Shown here piece by piece: positions 56,501 through 64,000 of a stretch of 64,000 bases of DNA; within the stretch, counting starts at the first letter, position 1; every line of letters begins with the position of its first letter. The stretch spans positions 224,001-288,000 of the forward strand of contig JBHLMG010000001.1 in NCBI GenBank assembly GCA_048938385.1, read 5' to 3'. A program made the position numbers and the translations under genes. This DNA is from Promethearchaeota archaeon (GTDB taxonomy: Archaea > Asgardarchaeota > Hermodarchaeia > Hermodarchaeales > Hermodarchaeaceae). A model generated the notes under the pieces. That model saw nothing but the letters and a program-made list of their open reading frames with translations, had not been told where the DNA came from and ran no database searches.

Positions 56501-57211
56501 GTGTCAGGGGTTCAGCGAGTGCGCCAAATTGAAATCTTCCCCGGCATATTATCCTTGATTTTAAGTAAGGCCGCTCGAGCAGGGCGGACTGAAATTGGCG
56601 GTTTCCTTATAGGTCGGATAGAACGCAGAAAATTAATTGTAACTAGAGCAACATTTCCTCGGCAAGTTGGGACGCGCACTCATGTCTCCATTAACGATAC
56701 AGATATGGCGATCCTCGCTGAGGAGCTCGCTGAACGAGGGGCAGGCGAAGTCATCATTGGGTGGCATCACACCCATCCAGGTCTTGGCGTGTTTATGTCA
56801 GGAACAGATGTCTCAACACAGCGCCGCTATCAAGCCTTCTTTCCCGAAGCTATTGCCATGGTAATGGACCCAATCAAATTCTCTGAAACCCTTAACCTCC
56901 AAGACCTAGATCTCCGAATTTACCGCGTAACAAATGGAAGCACTGAAGAGCTCGATTATGTCTATGCTCACGATCCCTCTGAAATTATTCCTGATTTATA
57001 CAGCATTATGCTTACTCTCGAAGAGCCAGCACACATGATTTTTGAGGATACTTGGTTTGAGAAGATGTTACGAGAAGTTTTTGGTGAAGAAGTGACCACA
57101 CCCACCTTTACCTACCGGTTAGGTGACTTCTTAGAGGCTGCAGTGGCCTTTGGTACAATACTGTTTCTCGGAATTTTCATCGTTCTCGCTTTACTTGGGC
57201 TTATCGTCTAG
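56501..57211 (+). CDS. JAB/MPN+ (JAMM) metalloprotease with C-terminal TM anchor
   Basis: EIGGFL, GWHHTHPGLGVFMSGTD, DP; hydrophobic last about 25 aa. Confidence 0.88.
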   Translation: MSGVQRVRQIEIFPGILSLILSKAARAGRTEIGGFLIGRIERRKLIVTRATFPRQVGTRTHVSINDTDMAILAEELAERGAGEVIIGWHHTHPGLGVFMSGTDVSTQRRYQAFFPEAIAMVMDPIKFSETLNLQDLDLRIYRVTNGSTEELDYVYAHDPSEIIPDLYSIMLTLEEPAHMIFEDTWFEKMLREVFGEEVTTPTFTYRLGDFLEAAVAFGTILFLGIFIVLALLGLIV

Positions 57212-57303
57212 CTAGAAGCATTGACCACTACTTACAAACAACCTGAACGCCTCACGGATTAGATAGTCGCTAATTTAGAAGAATTAACTAAACCGAATTT
57301 ACA

Positions 57304-58011
57304 CTATTCGGGTTCATCGAATCCTAAGGCCTTTAGAGCTGCGAGGATAGCCTCTTTATCATCCACAGAAACATCATCGTCTACTTCTGAACTTGCCTCA
57401 GAAATACTCACAGTCTCAAGGCCCGGTTCTTCAACGGGCGCGATGGTCGGAGTGGCAACCGTGGGTTCTCCTTCCTCGACGACGGGTGTAATGGTCTCAG
57501 GAACCTCTTCGGGAGCTTCTGAAGCGCTCGAGCTTTCGGTCACATCTACTTCAGAAGTGGCTTCAATAGCAAGTGCCGGCTCTTCATGAACGGCTGGCAT
57601 TTTACGGAAACCAAGCAGTTGTTCGGGTTCGAATGGGTGAGATTCCATTATTTTTGTGACTTTTGTTGCATAAATCTTCATGAGTCCAATATAATATCCG
57701 AGACGAATTTGATCCCGACTAGCTCCGACTAGGAGGGTTTCCGGCGTTCCTCGCATAATAATGGTGAATCCCTTGTTTCCTCGGAGAATCACTTCAGAAA
57801 GGGTTCCTTGGCTCAGTTGCCTAAGGGTTTCCTCACCAACATTGACGAGGGTGGCAGTAGCTGCTGAGAAAATATCAGAATCAACATCGCCACTAACTGC
57901 ACAGGCAAGACGAATCCCTTCTCGGGTCACAACGGCCAGAGCTTCAAGGCCTGTTGATTGTTCGATTCGTCTCATGAGATCTTGTAGTTCTTTAAAAGGA
58001 GTCTCTGCCAT
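57304..58011 (-). CDS. Roadblock/LC7 protein with acidic disordered tail
   Basis: GLEALAVVTREG, SAATATL..VGE, LGYY; E/P/T/S-rich linker and terminal helix. Confidence 0.88.
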   Translation of the reverse strand: MAETPFKELQDLMRRIEQSTGLEALAVVTREGIRLACAVSGDVDSDIFSAATATLVNVGEETLRQLSQGTLSEVILRGNKGFTIIMRGTPETLLVGASRDQIRLGYYIGLMKIYATKVTKIMESHPFEPEQLLGFRKMPAVHEEPALAIEATSEVDVTESSSASEAPEEVPETITPVVEEGEPTVATPTIAPVEEPGLETVSISEASSEVDDDVSVDDKEAILAALKALGFDEPE

Positions 58012-58227
58012 CGTCTGCTACACTCTCTGTATGTGTCTATGTTGTTCTCTATTGTTTCCTATATCAAGGTTGCTGTAATGTCGGTGAGTTTTTTGGTAGT
58101 TTTGCGACCCTCGAAAACTCGTACTTGAAATTAAATACTTTCAGCTACCTCCTCTCGGTTCGCGTTCGCTGAAGCGTATTGGGGTTTTTATATGTTCTGT
58201 GAGAATCGCGAAGTGGGACAAGCTACC

Positions 58228-59325
58228 ATGGCGTCTACTTTTGATGCACTCTTTAACGCAGACTATTTACCAACAAAACTGCTCCATCGAGATTTGGAAC
58301 TTAACCTACTCTCAAAGCATTTTTCACCAGAGGAAAATTCCGATCAGTCAATGAATGTCTTAGTTCATGGAAGTTTTGGTATTGGTCGGACAACGCTCCT
58401 CCGTTTTTTTGGACAACACGAAATGAAGACCTTTCACCAACCACTCATTCGGTTTCAACAGAAACAACACAACGAAATCGTCGCAGATGCTCTTAACGCT
58501 CTAGCTCCAGCGTTACCTCAATCTACATCTCTCCCTGAACAATGGACGCTTGTGAAGCGATTGCTTCGAAAAGCCGAGGTACCCTTACTCCTCACCTTTG
58601 ACGATGTTGATCATCACACCAGCGAACTTTACGGTAAATTCTTACAGATCTGTAAGGAAAATGGAGTCTCATCAATGGCCACGGCTCCCCGTTACTTCCC
58701 CAGACAACTTGAAGCAATCACATCCCAATTTCTTGATTTCTCTCTTGAATTGGCCCCTTTCTCTGATTATCAGTTTCTCGATATTGTTAAGCAACGAGTT
58801 GCTGAAGTTTATTCTAACCCTGTTCCCATACAAATTACTGAGTTTATGTCCGATCTCATTTGTCTTCTTGATTTTCAACGACCGGCTACTGTTGTGGACT
58901 TGCTTCAAAATCTCCACCCCCTACTATGTGGTCCCAACCTTATTACAGCGGACACGATTCGACAAGCTTGCATAAACTCCAGTACGCTCCATTACGACTT
59001 TTGGAGCGAACATCTTTCAGGGCTAATGGAATTAGATGTCACCACCGTTCTCCTCCTCCAAGCAATCGGGCAATACTTCGTGACCAATCCTGGCCAAATC
59101 TATGTCGCGAAATCTGCCTTACATTCCCAATTCCTGCAAGTCTCTGAATGCATTGGCTTAATTCCTTCTAGTTCTCAGTTCTCCCGTGCTCTTAACACCC
59201 TACTCTTTCAGGACTTATTGTTACATTCTCGATACTCATCAGAGAACTACTTCACTCTCCTTCCAGCTACAGGTTACCTAGATCTTGTTGAATTGCTCTT
59301 GGGTGAAAATCAAATCGAACAATAA
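58228..59325 (+). CDS. Divergent Orc1/Cdc6-like AAA+ protein
   Basis: F.ADYLP.KLLHRD.EL, HGSFGIGRT, LTFDDVD, C-terminal wHTH-like region. Confidence 0.75.
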   Translation: MASTFDALFNADYLPTKLLHRDLELNLLSKHFSPEENSDQSMNVLVHGSFGIGRTTLLRFFGQHEMKTFHQPLIRFQQKQHNEIVADALNALAPALPQSTSLPEQWTLVKRLLRKAEVPLLLTFDDVDHHTSELYGKFLQICKENGVSSMATAPRYFPRQLEAITSQFLDFSLELAPFSDYQFLDIVKQRVAEVYSNPVPIQITEFMSDLICLLDFQRPATVVDLLQNLHPLLCGPNLITADTIRQACINSSTLHYDFWSEHLSGLMELDVTTVLLLQAIGQYFVTNPGQIYVAKSALHSQFLQVSECIGLIPSSSQFSRALNTLLFQDLLLHSRYSSENYFTLLPATGYLDLVELLLGENQIEQ

Positions 59326-59334
59326 TATTTCAGG

Positions 59335-59919
59335 TTAGCCTCTGGGTGGATTTTTCGCTAAAGCGCGTGCTAGTAACCGAGCAACACGAAGTGGTTCGGG
59401 GATGCTGCCAAACCTCGTAACTCGTCGTATCAACGCTTGAATCTCGTTCCACTTACAACCTTTAAACTGAACGAATACCGTCGAATGTGTATCTAGCAGT
59501 AGGGGTTGCAATTCCCCATTACGACGCGAAATTTTCCATCGGGCTTTCCAGTTCGATGGAAAAGTGTGAATCAAATGATCACGAAGGTTTTCATGGGGCT
59601 CACTGGTGACACTAATTACAGGAAGGTTAGTTACTTCGTGGATCAAAGATAAATCAACAATATTGTATCCGGCGATCACTGTTCCTCGAATTAGTACACC
59701 GTTAAGATCGGTTCGTGATAAATCATGAACCATCTTGATGATTGTTTCCGATGCGTCTGTGCCTTGAATGGAAGCCTTGCCCCAAACTATTCCATCTATA
59801 ATCAAATCGGCACGCATCACGATGCCACCTAATATCGTATGTGTAGAACCCGTGAGACCACTTTCAGCTATTCCTAACAAGCGGACCGATGGTTTCGAAA
59901 GCGATGATGCAGTCATCAA
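59335..59919 (-). CDS. DUF99 / endonuclease dU-like protein
   Basis: LGIAES, G.VMRAD..IDG, GTDA, IAGYNIVD, PEPLRVA. Confidence 0.88.
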   Translation of the reverse strand: MMTASSLSKPSVRLLGIAESGLTGSTHTILGGIVMRADLIIDGIVWGKASIQGTDASETIIKMVHDLSRTDLNGVLIRGTVIAGYNIVDLSLIHEVTNLPVISVTSEPHENLRDHLIHTFPSNWKARWKISRRNGELQPLLLDTHSTVFVQFKGCKWNEIQALIRRVTRFGSIPEPLRVARLLARALAKNPPRG

Positions 59920-59978
59920 ATGGTTACCCCTTTGTGATAGGGGTTAATCTAGGATAAAAGAAAGGATGAAGTGAACGG

Positions 59979-61496
59979 CTATGCAGGCGCGTTCAACTTC
60001 TTTCCTGGATGTGCGGTCTGCCACTTTTCCACAGGGATGGCAAATTCTTGTTCGATTTTTGATCGATGGAGGCTATTCATTGCACAGAACGGTACGATTC
60101 GTCCATCAGGGATTGCGTAGTGGATGCCACAGCGTTCTAGACGTTCAAGGTCAAAGTTGTAGGGGTCTTGGAAGTGCATAGACCCAATCATGATGATACG
60201 TTCCATGAATTCAGCCAACGAATCGTAGTCCTTCTTTCTCAAGAATTGGTTCGCTAGCTTAAAGAGTAATCCTCGCTTCTTGAAGAAACGCATTGCTCCG
60301 ATGATTCCACGAAGAGTGCCCCGTGTTTTGGCGCCCTTTTCGTAATCAATAGACATCTTTTCCAAGGTTCCCAAGAACGGTTCGACATCTACATACTTGG
60401 TGATAGGTTGGTATGAGCCATCTTCTTCAACGATGATAAAGGTGGCCATTCCACAGGCTGGATGGGTGGAAAATTCAACAGCCGGGGCCCCACCTCGTGC
60501 GCCGAGGGCGCGTGCAAGGGGGACGACGAACGGTACAGGATACCAATCAGAGGTTTTGATAATTCCATCTGTCTGTTCTTCAGCAAGCTTCATCAGATCG
60601 GGGATTGTAATTCGCATTTCTTGCCGCTTCTCATAGTCGATTCGTCCTGTAATGGAGACTGGTTGGAAGTTAATGCACCTGATGATATCATGGTTTTCAA
60701 CACCGAAGCGAATGATGTCGCCCACCTGTTCATGGTTGACTCCTCGAACTAGTGTGGGAACTAACACGATACTTCGAAGTCCTTCACTACGGCAATTCTC
60801 TAAGGCTTTCAGCTTCTGGGATAATAGGTTCACGCCACGAGCTGCAAGGTAGGGTTCTGGAGTTACGCCATCAAACTGCATGTAGACGGTGCTTAATCCT
60901 GCGTCGTAGAGCTTCTTTGGATAACCTTTCTGTGCCAATAATAGTCCATTTGAGGCAATTTCGACATGCGGGAAACCTGCCTCCTTAGCAGCTTTAATAA
61001 TCTCAGGCAAATCTGCCCGCATTGTAGGTTCACCACCTGCAAATTGGACTGCGGGTGCTGGGACAGGGCTGTTTGATCGGAGGTTAGCTAGCATTTCCTT
61101 GATTTCGTCAAGGCTGGGTTCATAGACATAACCTGCTTTGCCTGCATGAGCAAAACAAATGGGGCATTCAAGGTTGCACCGATTAGTAACATCAATTAAG
61201 GCGAGACAGGTGTGTGTTTTATGGTTTGGACAAAGGCCACAATCATTAGGGCACAAGTTAACCGTTTCTGTTCGTGGATTGTCGAGACCGAGCCCTTCAT
61301 AAGCAAAACCGAAGGCTCGGTGGAACTGCTCAGCACTTGACCAATAGACATCTTTGAACTCCCCATGATCTTTACATTCTTTTCGAATCATAACCTTGCC
61401 ATCTTCTTCATAGATTACCGCGTCAATAGTACGGAAACATTCTGGGCAAATTGATCGAGTAGTATACGGGAGCTCCTTGGGTTCCATTTTTTGCAT
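59979..61496 (-). CDS. tes: Radical SAM tetraether lipid synthase (Tes/GDGT-MAS family)
   Basis: SICPEC..C..HG, CPNDCGLCPNH, DVTNRCNLECPICFA, FAGGEPT, FQPVS, HPACG, MHFQD, CGIHY..PFC. Confidence 0.88.
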   Translation of the reverse strand: MQKMEPKELPYTTRSICPECFRTIDAVIYEEDGKVMIRKECKDHGEFKDVYWSSAEQFHRAFGFAYEGLGLDNPRTETVNLCPNDCGLCPNHKTHTCLALIDVTNRCNLECPICFAHAGKAGYVYEPSLDEIKEMLANLRSNSPVPAPAVQFAGGEPTMRADLPEIIKAAKEAGFPHVEIASNGLLLAQKGYPKKLYDAGLSTVYMQFDGVTPEPYLAARGVNLLSQKLKALENCRSEGLRSIVLVPTLVRGVNHEQVGDIIRFGVENHDIIRCINFQPVSITGRIDYEKRQEMRITIPDLMKLAEEQTDGIIKTSDWYPVPFVVPLARALGARGGAPAVEFSTHPACGMATFIIVEEDGSYQPITKYVDVEPFLGTLEKMSIDYEKGAKTRGTLRGIIGAMRFFKKRGLLFKLANQFLRKKDYDSLAEFMERIIMIGSMHFQDPYNFDLERLERCGIHYAIPDGRIVPFCAMNSLHRSKIEQEFAIPVEKWQTAHPGKKLNAPA

Positions 61497-61519
61497 TTTC
61501 TATGAACACTCCGTTATGG

Positions 61520-61539
61520 TTACCACTCTCGAGTGGTAA
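61520..61539. promoter_or_regulatory. Perfect inverted repeat upstream of tes
   Basis: TTACCACTC-TC-GAGTGGTAA. Confidence 0.5.
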
Positions 61540-61657
61540 GTTTGTATTGCTTGAGGACTGTGGTTCTTAAAAGACTTTTCCGAAAACTCCGAGTAGGAAT
61601 CCGTTAGTTACGCGTTCAGAGAAAGCGTTATAATAATACTTGGGTATATATCAGCGT

Positions 61658-61855
61658 ATGTCCCGGGTAATACGCTTGCATTTGGTCTCTGTGAAGCTCC
61701 CTAAAGCCTATGTGAAAGGCTTAGACACACTGGTAGAACGCGGAACATACCCAACGCGAAGCGAGGCAATCCGAGTGGCTATCCGCGACCTCCTCAAACG
61801 CGAGCTATGGATTTCAGGCTCGCCTCTTACCATGCCAAAGACGCCATCGGACTAG
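61658..61855 (+). CDS. CopG/Arc ribbon-helix-helix protein
   Basis: VSVKLP...LD.LV..G.YPTRSEAIR.AIRDLL. Confidence 0.9.
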   Translation: MSRVIRLHLVSVKLPKAYVKGLDTLVERGTYPTRSEAIRVAIRDLLKRELWISGSPLTMPKTPSD

Positions 61856-61866
61856 TTCGTCAAACT

Positions 61867-62958
61867 TCAACGCTCACGAGTTCCCTCAATGAACTCTTCA
61901 ACATACTTTTTTGCTATCGAATCTTCAATCTGTTCTGGAGGGTGTTTAAACGAATAGGCTGAGATGCTCAGAAGAGGCCCACTGACGCCTCGATCTAAGG
62001 CAATTTTCGTCGCCCGAATCACATCAGCCACAACTCCAGCGCTGTTCGGTGAATCCTCGACGGATAGCTTCAGGCTTATCTGTAGTGGCATATTACCCCA
62101 TTTGCGCCCATGGGCGTGAATGTAACAAATCTTTGTGTCATTGAGGAAAGGGACATAATCGCTGGGACCAATTCGGGTAGGAACAGGGTAGTCCAAGATA
62201 CTCGTCACAGCTTCAGTCTTGCTGATGCGCTTACTCTTGAGGCGGTGTTCTGCCAGCATGTTTTCAAAGTCAGTGTTGCCTCCGATATTGAGTTGGTAGG
62301 TTTCGTCGATCTCGATGCCACGGTCGGAGAGTAGTTGAGCGATCACGCGGTGTAGAATCGTTGCACCCACTTGGCTTTTGATGTCGTCACCGGCCATTGG
62401 CAGTCCGGCATCGTGAAATTTGGCTTGCCACTTGGCGTCAGAGACAATGAACTCAGGGATACAATTGATGAAAGCGCAGCCTGCATCGAGCGCGGCTTGA
62501 GCGTAATGGCGCGAAGCTTCGGCACTCCCGACGGGCAGAAAATTGACTAATATTTCGGCACCCGCTTTTCGCAGCTCTTCTGCAACATCCACGGGTTCAA
62601 TTTCCTTCGAATCATATACATCAAAGGAACTCTGCATGTGTTCGGCCACGCCGTCTAATATGGGTCCAGGCAAGACTTTCACATCTAGCTTGGGGGTATC
62701 AGCGAATTTGATGACGCAGTTGGGGCGTACAAAAATGGCTTCACTCACATCTTTTCCAATTTTACCTGCGTTTATCTCGAATACTGCAACAAATTGGATA
62801 TCGCGGGGTAAGTATCCGCCAAAAGAAGGGTGCATAAGTCCTGTAACTCGGTCCTCCTTCCCTGTAACATTCGCGTAATAATGGACGCCTTGAACCAAAC
62901 TTGAAGCGCAATTTCCAAGGCCGGCAATAGCGACTTTGATCGGTCCCATAATCATCAC
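61867..62958 (-). CDS. ino1: myo-Inositol-1-phosphate synthase
   Basis: GLGNCASSLVQG, LPVGS, GDDIKSQVGAT, NIGGNTDF, SKT, EDSPNSAG. Confidence 0.95.
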   Translation of the reverse strand: MMIMGPIKVAIAGLGNCASSLVQGVHYYANVTGKEDRVTGLMHPSFGGYLPRDIQFVAVFEINAGKIGKDVSEAIFVRPNCVIKFADTPKLDVKVLPGPILDGVAEHMQSSFDVYDSKEIEPVDVAEELRKAGAEILVNFLPVGSAEASRHYAQAALDAGCAFINCIPEFIVSDAKWQAKFHDAGLPMAGDDIKSQVGATILHRVIAQLLSDRGIEIDETYQLNIGGNTDFENMLAEHRLKSKRISKTEAVTSILDYPVPTRIGPSDYVPFLNDTKICYIHAHGRKWGNMPLQISLKLSVEDSPNSAGVVADVIRATKIALDRGVSGPLLSISAYSFKHPPEQIEDSIAKKYVEEFIEGTRER

Positions 62959-63103
62959 CTAAATAGGATAGTTTATGATGATAAGGTATTCATGGCGTTT
63001 AAGCCGCAAACACAATTTAAGCATTTCTCCTTTCTTCCCGAAAAACCGATGTCGAGACAGCAAATTAAAATCGGTGTTTTCTCTTTAACACGAACGAGAA
63101 GCC

Positions 63104-64000
63104 ATGTCATCACTTAATGCTCGACTAAAACTCTCCAGTATTCTCCTTCCCGTACTGGTTGCAATCGGTATGATTGCATACTTCGTTGCGTTAAACCTCA
63201 CCCTTACTCTTGTGAGCCTTCCGCTGCCCCAATCTTCAGCGGTTCGCTACTTCATCATACCCGTCGTTTTTGCCTTTCCTTGGATTCTGTTCGTCTATAT
63301 TTTCCGTGAACGAACAATAAATGCTTCAGAGATAATGAACGCAAAGGGAAACCTGATCCCGCTCCGATGGCGCATGCTCTATGGCTTCAACACATTCATT
63401 ATTTTGGGGCTATTCATTTTTCCCTTCATTTCACCGCCAATGGCTATTTTTGCTGCCTTAGTGTTGGCCTATCGTTTGGTTCACCGCTCAGAGGGTATTT
63501 GGAACAAATCTTCCGGTACGCGGACAGGTTATACCCTGATTCTCTTCCTTCTCCTCGCAGCAGTTCCTGTGTACCTGAGTGTAATATGGTTCCAGTATTT
63601 CTTGACCTCGGTAGTTGGAGTGATCTTCACTACATGGATTACCTACTTTGATTTAATGTACTTTACCTCGTTGTGCATCGCTAACGCGCTCTCTGTGGGC
63701 GCTCTCCTTGCCTTATCCTATGGCACCTTGGATGACCGAGGGAAACTTCGCTATGAAGATACTAAGAAAATGTGGATGATCTATTTCGGTCAGTTAGTCC
63801 TTATCGCCCTTCAATGGATCTTACTAAACCCTTGGATTAATTTTGGATTCACCTTTTCCAGCCCAGACCTCTTCGGGTTTGCAGGAACCTTCGGTAATAT
63901 CACCTACATCAACTACATTTGTCTTGGTATCTTCGGAATCGTGTATCTAGTCAAGTTATTTGTCGGTCTTGGTAAAGGCATGAAGCTATCAATAATTGGC
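63104..64000 (+). CDS. Polytopic membrane protein, 5' part (runs off window)
   Basis: Not in track; ATG 63104 MSSLNARLKLSSILLPVLVAIG..., open to the end, multiple TM helices. Confidence 0.75.
   Translation, partial: MSSLNARLKLSSILLPVLVAIGMIAYFVALNLTLTLVSLPLPQSSAVRYFIIPVVFAFPWILFVYIFRERTINASEIMNAKGNLIPLRWRMLYGFNTFIILGLFIFPFISPPMAIFAALVLAYRLVHRSEGIWNKSSGTRTGYTLILFLLLAAVPVYLSVIWFQYFLTSVVGVIFTTWITYFDLMYFTSLCIANALSVGALLALSYGTLDDRGKLRYEDTKKMWMIYFGQLVLIALQWILLNPWINFGFTFSSPDLFGFAGTFGNITYINYICLGIFGIVYLVKLFVGLGKGMKLSIIG

Noticed and set aside
58012-58227. Replication origin next to the cdc6-like gene, or in the AT-rich gap at 24202-24370
   Set aside because: No ORB or mini-ORB repeats found in either region
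1-64000. CRISPR arrays, IS elements, integrases, att duplication of the tRNA 3' end, in-frame UGA selenoproteins
   Set aside because: None seen; recognised genes are uninterrupted

Overview
Gene-dense chromosomal window from an archaeon, almost certainly an Asgard archaeon. Evidence: two roadblock/LC7 proteins, a longin-like protein coupled to a Rab-like GTPase, a CdvA-like coiled coil, a Get3-type ATPase and an Rpn11-like JAMM protein, among archaeal housekeeping genes (tfb, top6AB, rpo12, aIF1, archaeal MAT, GGGP synthase, tetraether synthase). No CRISPR array, rRNA or mobile element was seen. Three stand-out observations. (1) A catabolic cluster at 5.6-19 kb with two YgeW-like knotted carbamoyltransferases, an SsnA-like and a second amidohydrolase, two AOR-family tungstoenzyme plus Fe-S pairs, two MoaD-like sulfur carriers and a DHODH/PreA-fold flavoenzyme lacking the catalytic Cys. 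It resembles an archaeal remake of the bacterial anaerobic urate (2,8-dioxopurine) pathway, with AOR-family enzymes in place of xanthine-dehydrogenase-family enzymes (inference). (2) A tRNA-His(GUG) gene directly upstream of hisS with three BHB-type introns (8/9, 15/16, 37/38), an A73 discriminator with no encoded G-1, and a leader copy of the 5' acceptor strand that could act as a placeholder. (3) A Get3/TRC40-type ATPase followed by an unannotated 35-aa single-TM microprotein. Also seen: a C/D-box sRNA with a guide matching the 16S decoding region, an Rpo12 with an extra nested Zn finger, a Top6A with an extra N-terminal winged helix, and several probable pseudo-enzymes. All family calls come from motif recognition by eye; no searches were run.
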